DNA of 56,710 nt from Octopus bimaculoides (Eukaryota), in assembly GCF_001194135.2 (NCBI RefSeq), contig NC_068992.1, positions 15,185,096 through 15,241,805 of the forward strand, read 5' to 3'. The notes below the pieces were generated by a model. The model did not search any database and had not been told where the DNA came from. It saw nothing but the letters and a program-made list of their open reading frames with translations. Shown one piece after another: positions 22,901-35,950 of the stretch; the first letter of the stretch is position 1; every line of letters starts with the position of its first letter. The translations under genes and the position numbers were made by a program.

Positions 22901-25144
22901 AACAGCCGTTTGGGGTCAGGCAGTGAACTCAGTGATATCAGATTAAAGGAGATATGTACTGTACCGCGAGATAAATAAAGGACTAAGGTTTGGAGTTGTA
23001 CCCTTCATCATTAGAGAAATTTCTTCCTATTTTCTTTCTCGAAAGTTTTACCGCTTAAACAAGCTGTTAGTCTCTACATTTTCGTAACAGCTTACATTGT
23101 TATTTCAATGTAATTTACATCGCATCTTGCTAGCGATTTTATCCGATGTAGACCCTAACTGATAGCTTATCTGTATTAGCTTCTACCATTTTAACTACAG
23201 TCGATCAAGGTTTTTCAGAAACTAAAATGGAGTCAGTATAAATGACAGAGAATAACAACCAATAATTGATTATTTATATAATGCAGAAAATAAAGAAATT
23301 ACTATTAGACCGAGAAAATTAATCGATAAATAGCATAGAATAAAAGTTACGACAATATTTTTAGCCATAAAAATAGAAACACAATGAGAATGTAGAAGAA
23401 TTCACATTTAAAGTCGGTAGAACTTTCGTTACGGGATATTAACAACTGCAGCAGTAAAATTGAGTGGCGATATAATAAAAAGTTTGTAATTATATAGGAA
23501 TATTTATGAAAATAAAATAACTGAAAAAGATGTAATTGAATTAATACATTTGTTTGTGTTTATTTAAACCACTTTATATCCTACTTCACTGCAGCCTGTT
23601 GAATTATTAAGAACTGAAGGGCGATATTGTAAGATGATACAATTCTAGACTAAGCGCGTTGCAATATTTAATTTAGTTTTAGGCTCTATGTTAAAAATCG
23701 TGCCTGGATCGACTTTGTCTTTCATAATCTAATTTATGCCAGTGTCGATAAAGAATATAAATGTTAGTAATATACTGGAGTTGATTCAATCGAAATCACG
23801 ACAACTCTGTTTCCATATAAAAATAGCTTAAAGAAGTAACGTGCAAAAAGCAAATCTAAACATTTGATAAATTCTATCTTAATATGTTAATGCAATTATA
23901 TAATTGAATATTCGTGAACAAACATCGAATCTAACGCACTTCATATGAACTTTTTCTATTCTTCATTTAAGATTTTTTGAATCGGAAATGTAATAGAATT
24001 ATCAAGTGACTCGGTATACAGAAATATTTTGAATAAAGATTGCATTTTTTGCTGAGTTAGATAAACGTTTCCTTTTGTGTGGAGTCAACGAAAGAAATAT
24101 TCAAGAAGAATAGAACGGACATAAACCAAACAACCAGTTAATTAAATTTAAACATATTATTTATGTAGAGCAATGAATAATTAATGTATGTAAGAAAGCG
24201 ACTTAAGATGAATAACGTTTGGAAATTGTGAATTTAATGTTAAGCGATAAATAATCCTGAAAGAAATACTCATTAGAAAAGTAAGAATTGCTTTAATATG
24301 TTTCTCCTAAAATTTCGTTTTTTACATAATGTTCTTTGCGTTCCATTTATTTTTTGAATGCTAATTTTGTCAATATATATTGAGTAGTTTCTTTTTTTAA
24401 ATATATACAATACATTAAATAGCCATGTTCCTATTTTATATCGCCGTCATCGTTAACGCATTGTTTCAAAGTCCATATTTTCACAATATCCGGAAAATAC
24501 AACAGAAGGTTGATCTAGTAGATAGGTTATGCGAAATGTCTTCTAAACCCTGAAGAGCTGATCTTAGCTTTGGTGGATTAGATAAGACCTAAATATCCTC
24601 TTTGGGAACATACAGTTTATCTTGCACGGATATTATTCCTAAACCGACCAGATACATATTTGAGACCAGGATCTAGGCAAAACAGAGCAATGCAGAATGA
24701 AGTACGCAGTGCAAAAATTGAACAAAACATTGATCGAAGATTTGAACTCATTAGCTATTGGACTGCAATATTGTATACCATAGATATTACAATAATGTTA
24801 CCATGTAATAGTTATTTTATTTAGTCTGTACATTCAAAACCATATGAATTGAGAAACCTCTAGAACCACTCGACAGAACCCAATATTGGAATATAATCGT
24901 CTCTATTAAACGCAGATGAATGTCGCGCACAGAACTATTATATATATCAGAGGATCGCAGAAGTGAAGACTACGTTTCACTGAAACGTTCCATATATTTA
25001 AAAAGCTAGTAATATCGCTGTCCAAGAGATTTGAAGTTTTAGTCGCCGGAGCTCTTTTCTTGGTAACTTCCTACTTTCTGGAGCAGTGTCACGCAATAAG
25101 CTTTACAGAGTAGCTAATCTAACAATCGCATACCAGATCTCAGT

Positions 25145-25184
<40 letters not shown>

Positions 25185-25194
25185 NNNNNNNNNN

Positions 25195-25240
<46 letters not shown>

Positions 25241-26842
25241 CACAGCAGTAGATACAGCCAACAACAATACTATATAATGGTCTGCGAAACTAACATTGAC
25301 ATTACGACTCTCGACTACTGAGAGTCAGCTTAACGTGTTTCACCGATTCATCACTTCCTTTCCGTTCAATTCGCCATTCCCCGAAGGAGCACACGCGGTT
25401 GCAATGTTAGGGGCCACAGACTGAATCATCAACTAACTCCAAACACGTGTGTATGTGTGTGTGTGTGTGCGTGCATGAATATCTGACAGCAAACAGACAC
25501 ACAGAGACGAAATAAAGAAACTTAGAATGATTTAGAAAGAAATAAAGCATTCAAGAAATGTGCAACGGAAAAAAATAAAGAAATTTTAAGAACCGGAATG
25601 ACACGAAAGACGAGGGTAGACACTGAGAAAGGAATTGAGGAAGAGAAAGTTAGCGCGTGCGAGAGGGAAAAGAACAGATTAATATTTCATTAATTTCGTT
25701 TTTCGTGTCGGCTTTCTATTGGAAAAGACTATGATGGTCTGCTATTTATAGTGTTTTGCTAGCGTACTGTTCATCTTTCATTTCTGTTTCTATTGTGATA
25801 ACTGTGATTATTCTCCCATAAGCGGAAACATGATTTAAAATAGTGTCAGAATAAAGTTGAATATCTTGTTTGATAGAAAATTAATATTTAAATAATCAAA
25901 AATAAAAATTCTCTTGCCAAACAAAATATTCTTGTTTTCTTTTATTGAAAACGAAATAAAAAGTAAAAAAGCGAATGAATTTAAAAATTAAAAAAAGAAA
26001 ACAAGAAAAAACAAAAATAATATACATTTCGATGGAAACAAAAGTTTTGCAATATTCCGAATAGAATATTTTAATAAAAAATTCTTTGGTTACTGTTCTT
26101 CATTCATTCTTTTATTAATAATGTCTGTTACTCAATGATGGGAAACATTGAGTGTCTACTTTGCTAGACTACTAAATATGTAAACGTCGATTCAGCATTC
26201 CGTAACCTGCCGCACACATACAATGGTGTTTTTACGACCCCATTTTTCTACTCTTAAATGGCTCAAATCGTTTTGGCGAAAAAGAAGTTTAGCGCTTCCA
26301 TAAACATTCTAATAAGGCTGATGTATGAGTGTATCCAACGAAGAGGTCGGCAATTTGTATAACATCATAATAACCAATGCACTTTACTTTCAGTGACAGA
26401 ACTAATCAACCTTGAGAAAGTAGGTCGGATTGGTTTAGTTTTCTCTTGAGGACAAAGGGACACGATAGAATTAATCTGGGGTTCTTTCACTCATTAGTGT
26501 TGAACTCAATTCTGTGGGAGAGAAAAGCTATCTCTGCCCACGTGGTGCTTTGGGCAGTGATTGATTTTTGATCTCGCCCTTGTCTAAAGTTATCGAAGCG
26601 TAAGCTATGCAGATAATAGACACAAACTCCCAAGACGAATGAGATTACAAGTGCGTGACAAAAAAATTTTTTTTTCTTCCAGTTCAGTTCTAAATACGTG
26701 GGATTTGCACTGTCTAAAGCATCAAGCGCTTCAGAAAAAAAAAATACAATTCTAAAAGTAATTATTTTAGCAAATTCTCTATACACTTGAAACAGAATTG
26801 TATTTTTCAAAATAAACACGGTATTTCTACAGGCACTGGTTG

Positions 26843-26875
<33 letters not shown>

Positions 26876-27039
26876 ATTAGTACAACAACTACACTTTTGT
26901 ATATTTTTGTAAGCAGTTTTACAAAATTGAAGAATATTGTCTTACCTTCCTGTGCTGAGATAAAGTTTTCCGGATAAAACACTATCAACGTCTTGTTTTT
27001 TTTAATATGTAAATTTCTCTCGTCAAATTAAGCACGTGA

Positions 27040-27200
27040 CTGAGTAGTTAGGATTTTGCTTTCACAATTTTTATGTTGTAGGTTCAATTCCTGGACAGCG
27101 CAACACGTTATATCCTTGGACAATGCAATTCATTTTACGCTGCTTCTGTCTACCCTAGCGAAAATTAGTACCAAGGGCAGTTGTCTGTCTGTCTCCTTCC
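27040..27200 (+). mobile_element. Degenerate tRNA/CORE-like SINE
   Basis: gtgactgagtagttagg A-box-like, ggttcaattcc B box, tccttggacaatgcaattcattttacgctgc. Confidence 0.5.
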
Positions 27201-27722
27201 AAGAGTTACATCATCTCTGTTCTGTTGGGACAAGTGTGCAGAGGCCGAGAGGGTGTATAGATCTATATCAGCTCCCAATCAAAAAGACACTGAAGACAAC
27301 TAATAAAAGCATGATACAAGCAATCAATTAATACTCGATTGCGTATGATGGTTAAGTTGAATTCAAATCGGAAATCTCAAATTAGAAACCAGAATGAAAT
27401 TCCAGAATTTTCTGCCATACTTGAGAATTGGAAAATAATATAAATCCAGATACATTCAGCATATTTTGTTACATTACTTTGTATACATATTCCCAAGTAT
27501 TAAAGATTAATGAATCTACAAAACTATCATCTATCATTCTGGTGGTTCATGACAATTATGCATCTCTTTCCCTCGTTTTCCATCTCTTTCTATCATTTTC
27601 TATACAAACAAAAACTTCTGTATATTTATTTAGCGATTCGAGCACCAACATTTCAGCATAAGTAATGAGATTACACTTATTATGAAGATACTAAACGAGG
27701 GTAAAACCACTGAGTCTCTCTC

Positions 27723-27772
<50 letters not shown>

Positions 27773-28159
27773 CCTCTCACTTTCTCGCGTTCTCTACCTC
27801 TTGTTCCTCCTCTTTCAGATCTAACTCTACATACATATGTATACATACATACATATATATACATACATATGTATATATATGTGTGTGTGAGTGTGTGTGT
27901 GTGTAATAGCATTCTGTATACCTTACTTTAGACGCATTTACTGTAGAAAAACACAAAACAAGATAGCATCCTGTATAGACGTCGAGTGTTGAAAACGGAA
28001 AAGCATAATATCAGTAGAGAAGAAAAATGTCCAGCAGGGGCGGTGGAATTGCTAAATGCTGCAGCTTTGTGGCCTTCGCCGCTAATAAAGCATATATATA
28101 TATATACATATGTATGNNNNNNNNNNNNNNNNTATATATATATATATATATATATATGT

Positions 28160-29063
28160 TTTCAAGTCCCTATTGACACCCATTTAATTCTCAGAGAATT
28201 TTGGGAAAAATCAATTCAATATCCTGAATTATGTTAATCTTATTGATAATGCATGGAACCAACTGAGTTACAGAACTATGAATTCCGCATAGAGGAAACT
28301 TTGGCCAGACTGTGTACCAGAACGAGTCTTTGAGGGGTTTGAGACAGCTACAAGTACTGCTGTTGTCGAGGAAATTGCTATTGTTGATGATATTGTCACT
28401 ATGAGAAAAACTATGGGGTTAGATGTCGACATGAAGATATTGAGTTTACCATCGAGGAGCTCGTACACCTTCAAAATGAACAGCAAAAGACTTTGGCTGA
28501 GGAAATGTCTTCTGAGGAGGAGGAAGGAAAGGACGATGTCCCAAATTCTTTAATCAAAGAAATTTGTGCTAAATAGGGTGGTGTGCAAAGTTTTTTTGGG
28601 GGGGAAATATCACCCCAATACAGTGGTAGCAAATAGAGCAGTAAACCTTTTCAATGACAATGTCATCTCTCATTTTAGAAAACATTTTACAACGCAAACA
28701 AAAACAACTAACATTGGATAGGTTTTTAATAAAAGGAAAAAGAAAAGTAACCCCAGAAAAAGATTTACCTGAATCAAAGAGACAGAGTAGGACCCCCGAA
28801 AGACAGTTGCCAGAAGTTTTTTACAGAAGGGGATTCCCCTTCTAAGAAATAACACAATTTTGTGTGCTATTTACAGTTTGAGGAAACGTTTTTATGCTAA
28901 AATATAAAATGTAAGCATGTAAATAAGCATTCATCTGGTGCTTGGAAACGAATTAATCTCTTTCACATGAATTGTAATAGGAAACAATGATTTGGTTCTC
29001 TGACAATTCGCTTATAGAACAGACTTTCAGAACAAATTATGGTCGAGAACCGAGGTTGCTCTG
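28160..29063 (+). mobile_element. Tigger/pogo DNA transposon remnant (3' part of transposase plus right TIR)
   Basis: Translation LREFW / FNILNYVNLIDNAWNQLSYRTMNSA*RKLWPDCVPERVFEGFE ... KQKQLTLDRFL. The end gtcgagaaccgaggttgctctg (29042-29063) resembles a Tigger TIR. Confidence 0.85.
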
Positions 29064-29185
29064 TGTGTGTGTGTGTGTGTGTGTGTATACACACACATAT
29101 ATATTGAGTGTAGCCGCTTTCGTTATTTTTGTAATTTTCACATTACCATTTTGTTGAATCAGCTATAGATTCATATGGTAAATAT

Positions 29186-29301
29186 TATATACTGACAGTC
29201 GGGATTTAGTCAAACCATCCAGTGATGGTTTTTTAAGCGAAACTAGATTAGTGTAGGGATCTCGCTCGCTGTGGGGTAGTTATCTTCCCTGTCAGTATAT
29301 A
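29186..29301. mobile_element. Putative ~115-bp MITE
   Basis: Perfect 13-bp inverted repeat tatatactgacag (29186-29198) / ctgtcagtatata (29289-29301), TA-bounded. Confidence 0.5.
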
Positions 29302-29963
29302 GAACAGTGCTTCATTGCAGCTAAGGTTTTTTTTTAAACTCATATTTCTAGCAATGCCGGTGTTACCTTGCACCGTCACTCACAATTAGTGACAACTGAA
29401 TATTTCGCTTTTGGTTTTGCATTGCGTATCGACGCATTCGTTATGACACACACACACACACACACACACCTACACATATAAGTTTATGCATATATATATG
29501 TGTGTGCGCTTATGGTAGAACGGCCAATTTTTCAAATTGACATGTCAGTATGTCTTTAAGAACTAGTAGCATTCATGGCTAGAGAGTAATTGCATCTCAG
29601 AATGTCAACGCTTAGATTATATTTTTAAATATACTCGAGACACTACTTCATGTGTTTTTGTTAAATTAAATAACTGTTTGATGTCTTAAAAAACGAGGAA
29701 ATATAAAACATAGGAACATAAAACATAAAAGAAACTTCTTATACTATTTTAAATGTTACCCAATGAATAGAAAGGAAGGAAAGAGTAAACAAAAGTAAAC
29801 AAACAAATACAGACATATATCTATTTACATGTTTGCACAAAAATTAGAATCTAAACATCTCTGCTTAAAACAACAGTGGGTACATTTGCGCAAACACATA
29901 CTCATACATATACACACACACTCACTACAGATACACACACACTCACCACAAATACACATACAT

Positions 29964-30057
<94 letters not shown>

Positions 30058-30314
30058 CTTGTGTAGTACATGTGGAAATTGACGGGATTCATATGCGTAT
30101 AGAATACATTGTGCTACTTAAATTTGAAATAAAAGCTTGTAGATAGATATGTTATGTTTTATGTGGCTTGCAGTGGACTGGGAACCAAACTGGTCTACAG
30201 GTGATTAGAAAGGCCGCGGAATATTTGAAAAACGTCTCCGTTGAAAATAGGCATCTATAACCGTGGTTTAAACAGAGAAACGCAAAATTATATACATACA
30301 TACATACACAAATA

Positions 30315-30635
30315 GGAGCACGCCGTCGGTTATGACGACGAGGGTCCCAGATGATACGATCAACGGAACAGCCTGCTCGTGAAATTAACGTGCAAGTGAC
30401 TGAGCAATCCACAGACACGTGTACCCCTAACGTAGTTCTCAGGGAGACTCAGCGTGACACATTGTGTGACACGGTCGGCCCTTTGAAATACAGGTACAAC
30501 TCATTTTTGCCATCTGAGTGGACTGGAGCAACGTGAAATAAAATGTCTTGCTCAAGAACAACGCGTCGCCGGGAATTCAACCCTAACCCTTACAAACGCG
30601 AGCCGAATGCCCTAACCACTAAGCCACGCGCCTTC
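30315..30635 (-). mobile_element. tRNA-derived SINE family C (CORE-like middle, 3' tail shared with family B)
   Basis: Minus: gaaggcgcgtggcttagtggttagggc head, ttcttgagcaagacattttatttcacgttgctccagtccactc middle, and the same tail as 37870-38050. Confidence 0.9.
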
Positions 30636-31048
30636 ACACATATACAAATACATACATGTATACACATACATACATACATACATACAAACATACATATGTA
30701 TACATAATAGACAAAGGAACAGTGAAGCCTTTGGGGCTCCAAGATGCAACCGAAAATGTAGATTACGTCATATTTCTGTGAAAGACATCAGGCGTGTGAC
30801 TGGCAGCCGCTCAAAAATGTCATCAAGGTATCACCTCCCTATACGACACGACGTTGTAGTAAAAACAGACTACAATGCCATTCGGAAAAAAAAAAGTATC
30901 CTGGAATAAATGTAAGGAGTCCCCCTGTTACTGGATACATACATAAACATCAACACAAGGAATACTGGTGGGACATTCCCATCAAATCATCTATCAAGTG
31001 TAAACATAACAAGTAGAATACTGTTATTTGGAACAGACAAGAAAAAGG

Positions 31049-31190
31049 ATGCAAAAATGGGCATCGAATTTTGGAGGAGAAGCTCGTGTCTTGGAGAGGA
31101 TCCAAGGCTTGGAAGTCCTGCAACTACCGCAACTGGGGAAAACATTGGTTGTGTCACCACATACTGATGGATGACAGACGATTGACTTTA
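31049..31190 (+). mobile_element. Mariner transposase N-terminal (HTH) remnant
   Basis: Frameshifted QKWASNF / EDPRLGSPATTATGENIGCV / HHILMDDRRLT matches the mariner pattern KW..F..G..SLEDDPRSGRP....ENI..V..MV..DRRLT. Confidence 0.7.
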
Positions 31191-32559
31191 CATCCGTCAC
31201 GCAGTTAAATATCTACCTTGAGTCTTAGGTATCGTCAGCGATAACCGCTCTGTTGCAAGTATTCGAACCATATCTTCGAGTTGAAGACAGCTCTATATAC
31301 TGACACACTGCTTCTTACTACAATAATCATTGTCCCATAGTTCGTTGTCCTTTTTCCTGTACTAGTTTCCGAATTTTCAATAAAACTTGTAAATGCTGGT
31401 CCTTCCTCTTCTTAAGCATAATGAACGCCATACCTTTCACTTTGGCGTAACGTGTAATTTGTTCATTTGCTCAGAAGGTTTCATTAAAGGTCTCATGTCG
31501 AGCAGCAGAGGTGTAATGAAAGTAAACGAGTTCTCTTCTGAAAGCGTTTTACGTTTCGCTCTACTCATTAGGATTTATTACAATGATTCTGACGCATATT
31601 TCTTCTGTGATAGACTTACAAATATCTTGACATATTTCATTTTGATAAGATTAATGTCATATGATATGGAAATCTAAAATTGATAGACCAGTAAGGACGA
31701 CAGAGAAATCACTCCCACATACATGTAGACTCTCATACTTGAAATCACAAACACATACCCACACACGCACACACAGACACACACATAAACACACACACAC
31801 ACACACACAAATCACATATACACGAACGACACGTAGGACCAGAGAGAGAGAGAGAGATAAAAGGAGAGAATTAAAAGCAAAGGTGTAAGAAAGAGAGAGT
31901 GAGTGTGTGCACGTATGTTTGAGTGAAGAGAAACAAAGAAATTGGTAAAGGCCATTTTAATCTATAGCTATAGCATCATCAAAGGAAACTAATGTCGGTA
32001 TTTGAACTAGGTTGACAAATTGAATTGATAATGAAAGCAGAGCTAAACTTTCTTGTATCGTGCTCAGCCTTCTAGTTACCAGTTCATCTAATGATAGCCG
32101 TATCACGTAACTGAAGCCATATACAAATTCATCGGACTTTGTTCTTAATTCTGCGTTGATTGATCTTGATGTACACTATCATAAATGTAAAGCAACTTGA
32201 AATGTTCTTATGTGTTATATAAATTGAAACTACTAAAAAGTATATGAAAGGTAGAGTGGAAACGAAATCAATGAAAGCTTACAGCCATATTACAGTACTA
32301 TTAGTTATTATTTCTCACGGACAACATTTATACTGATTAATTAAGTAAAATTTGGTGTATAGGAGAAAATTGTCAGCTTTCAGAGAGCCCTAATACGTGA
32401 CCAGGCTCCGATACTCAGATGTCGTAGAATCAAGAGATTCTGATTTGAAGTACTTCATTTTAATGGAAGCAATTTAACATAGTGCTACTGAAGATGAGGA
32501 TAACGATAAAGAGAGCGAAAGAGGGGAAGCGGATGTGAGTGTGTCAGATAGATAGATAA

Positions 32560-32561
<2 letters not shown>

Positions 32562-32632
<71 letters not shown>
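32562..32632. repeat. (GA)n microsatellite
   Basis: Direct reading. Confidence 0.95.
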
Positions 32633-32635
<3 letters not shown>

Positions 32636-34099
32636 AGAGAGAGATTTCCAATATTAAGATATTAAACATTATTTACACCTCAAATGCATCACATTTGAGA
32701 GAGAGTTGCTCGAGTGTCTGAATATCAGATGAAGAATCCGTTGTTCTTTGCATTAACGTTCAATTAATTCAATCCTCGCTGGCTCTCAGTCATGTGCTTG
32801 AAAATAGGCCCCATGTGCAGCTAGATAAAGCCGTTCTTATCAGAGTTTAATTAATGTATGTTCCGTTAAAATACATTTTCTTTCATAAGAAATATTAATG
32901 AGAGCAGGTGATATTCAGTCGTACCCCATTTCCAGTGACAGCGATTATCTTTATCGTTCTGCAGTCGTATTGCCGAATAAATCTATTCTGCAACAATTGT
33001 ATAAAAAACCTCAACTAATACAGCAGCCACTTTAAGACAACACTGTTGATGAAAGAAGCCAACGCATTCGAATACAGAGTTCGATATTTCCTCAGCATAA
33101 CGACGTCATATAAATAATTTACTTAATTCATCTGAATACAAAAGTGTTTGTTTCTTTCTTTATATTATGCTTACATTGATGGAAACAACTCTGAAGTACA
33201 TTCCAACGAAAACTCATAATATAATTATATTGATATATATATATATATANNNNNNNNNNNNNNNNNNNNNNNNNNNNNNNNNNNNNNNNNNNNNNNNNNN
33301 NNNNNNNNNNNNNNNNNNNNNNNNNNNNNNNNNNNNNNNNNNNNNNNNNNNNNNNNNNNNNNNNNNNNNNNNNNNNNNNNNNNNNNNNNNNNNNNNNNNN
33401 NNNNNNNNNNNNNNNNNNNNNNNNNNNNNNNNNNNNNNNNNNNNNNNNNNNNNNNNNNNNNNNNNNNNNNNNNNNNNNNNNNNNNNNNNNNNNNNNNNNN
33501 NNNNNNNNNNNNNNNNNNNNNNNNNNNNNNNNNNNNNNNNNNNNNNNNNNNNNNNNNNNNNNNNNNNNNNNNNNNNNNNNNNNNNNNNNNNNNNNNNNNN
33601 NNNNNNNNNNNNNNNNNNNNNNNNNNNNNNNNNNNNNNNNNNNNNNNNNNNNNNNNNNNNNNNNNNNNNNNNNNNNNNNNNNNNNNNNNNNNNNNNNNNN
33701 NNNNNNNNNNNNNNNNNNNNNNNNNNNNNNNNNNNNNNNNNNNNNNNNNNNNNNNNNNNNNNNNNNNNNNNNNNNNNNNNNNNNNNNNNNNTGTATTTAT
33801 TTACACATACACACACACACACATACACACACTTAAAAACATACACATTAATGGCTCTGGAACATTTTTCAGTATGAGTTAAAAATAATGTTTTATTAGA
33901 ACCAAACCTTGATATGTTGTTACGAACGAGAAACAGTACTACAAAATGATTGCCTATGTTGATCAAAGCGAGAAGTACGTTAGCTACAGACTTGTCCTGT
34001 GTATATGATGTTGCTTGTATCTAGCAATTCTGGTAGTATATGAGATGGTGGTGTTATGCTTTTCCTGAGACGCGAGCCATTGATGTGTTGTAATTATTG

Positions 34100-34230
34100 A
34101 CTGATTTCTTGAGGACATACTAATCGACTTCTTCAATCATCTTTCACATAAGGAAAGAACGCGCAGGTGAGACTCAACGGTGGTCGGGATGCCCTTCCAG
34201 GATCTAGCCAAAAGCTTACACAGAATGTGA
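34100..34230 (+). mobile_element. Possible Tc1 transposase N-terminal remnant
   Basis: TSSIIFHIRKERAGETQRWSGCPSRI loosely matches STV..II.......RSGRP.KI. The match is short and no TIR was found. Confidence 0.25.
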
Positions 34231-34364
34231 CATATAATGGTCGACTAAAAAGAGAAGTTTTCGGATTAATTCCAAAACCGATTTAAACAACTAGTAGTTT
34301 AAAATGTTTAAATTAATTGAAATCATTTATGCGTTTGCATTGCTATACCAATGAGCAAGTAACT

Positions 34365-34475
34365 ATTTGCCAAAGAATCTTATATTTTCTGATTACTAAG
34401 GTGCCACGCAGTTGGACTGAACCCTGAACCAGGTAGTTGGGAAGCAAACTTCTTACCACACAGCCACACCTGCAC
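34365..34475 (-). mobile_element. SINE family A 5' head fragment
   Basis: aaggtgccacgcagttggactgaaccctgaacc...cttaccacacagccacacc. Confidence 0.8.
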
Positions 34476-35629
34476 TTATATNNNNNNNNNNNNNNNNNNN
34501 NNNNNNNNNNNNNNNNNNNNNNNNNNNNNNNNNNNNNNNNNNNNNNNNNNNNNNNNNNNNNNNNNNNNNNNNNNNNNNNNNNNNNNNNNNNNNNNNNNNN
34601 NNNNNNNNNNNNNNNNNNNNNNNNNNNNNNNNNNNNNNNNNNNNNNNNNNNNNNNNNNNNNNNNNNNNNNNNNNNNNNNNNNNNNNNNNNNNNNNNNNNN
34701 NNNNNNNNNNNNNNNNNNNNNNNNNNNNNNNNNNNNNNNNNNNNNNNNNNNNNNNNNNNNNNNNNNNNNNNNNNNNNNNNNNNNNNNNNNNNNNNNNNNN
34801 NNNNNNNNNNNNNNNNNNNNNNNNNNNNNNNNNNNNNNNNNNNNNNNNNNNNNNNNNNNNNNNNNNNNNNNNNNNNNNNNNNNNNNNNNNNATATATATA
34901 TATATATATATATAGGGAGATAGAGAGAGTAAGTAAGAAAGAGAAGAAAATGGAAGACAGAATAAGCGTATGAACAAATAAAAAGGAAAGAAGAGAAAAA
35001 TAAATCATAAAAGAAAAAGACAATGAGTCTGACATCCAGCGAGACAGTTTGATTGACATACAAAGATGACCTGGTAGATAGGTTAACAGCGATGCATTAA
35101 GATTTATGATATCGGGGCCATGGTAGAACGCGAAATAACAAAATGTCGGTCTCAATTCAATTATTGAAAAATATAAGAGAAATTTGAAGTTTCAATATTA
35201 CTACATAAATAGTGCAAGCGAAAATTTAAAACTACTCTGAACTTAATGTAAATACCAAAACCCATTTAAGCCAATGTTTAGTATTTAGTAAGATATCAAC
35301 AGGATACAATGATATTTTAAAGATATATTTAAGGAATTCTCGGGACATACAAAACAGATAATGACAATCGCTTCTGCCGTTGTTGCTGCCGAGCTCATAT
35401 ACATTATTAGAGCAGCAACTGCGGGATCATCCTTGTTTGCCAATTTTTTCTTCTGATGAAGAAAACTCGACGTACGGTAATGTCCCTAATCGACAACCTG
35501 CTTTTTGCATATCCATGACTTGTTGTACATTCCATCTACACATTATGAACATTATGACTAGCACGTAATTCCAAGGCCCCAGAAACTCCCCTCCCCACCC
35601 ACAAAAAAACTATGCGTTCTTCTCTTATC

Positions 35630-35950
35630 AAAACCCCAAAGAATTTGAATTATCGAAACCCCAAAGAATTCCTTTCAACACATGGCTATGATGTTCTCCC
35701 ACTACTTCTGCTCGTAATCAGAGATGCACATATCGCCAGCCACTAAGGGACATGCTCAACTAGTTATGGTCAAACAACTAACAAGCAAATCTGTGGTATT
35801 AAGCAGAATATTTGCTGTAGCCCATCTTTTATACCAAGACAAAACAATGTACATGATAAACCTTCCAATCAGAAGTCATGAGAGCCACTGCTTTGTACTG
35901 CATCAGGGCATTTATTATTATAATGGTAATTATTATTATTATTATTATTA
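35630..35950. mobile_element. Family T interspersed repeat, copy 3, ending in (TTA)n
   Basis: Aligns with copies 1 and 2; same right end gtactgcatcagggcattt-attatt. Confidence 0.85.

Noticed and set aside
24537-24808. About 90-codon frame CLLNPEELILALVD*IRPKYPLW... with a vague MADF-like start
   Set aside because: In-frame stop, no convincing family motif, and no clear splice sites.
24960-24992. gtgaaga...gaaacgtt hammerhead-like string
   Set aside because: C3 and stem II are missing; better explained as a chance 6-bp hairpin.
31205-31245. Minus CTGACGA + 5-bp stem (TACCT/AGGTA) + GATA
   Set aside because: GATA instead of GAAA, and no stem III or stem I; not a hammerhead.
35453-35480. ctgatgaagaaaactcgacgtacgg resembling a minimal PLE hammerhead
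   Set aside because: Needs three indels to restore the core and stem I does not pair.
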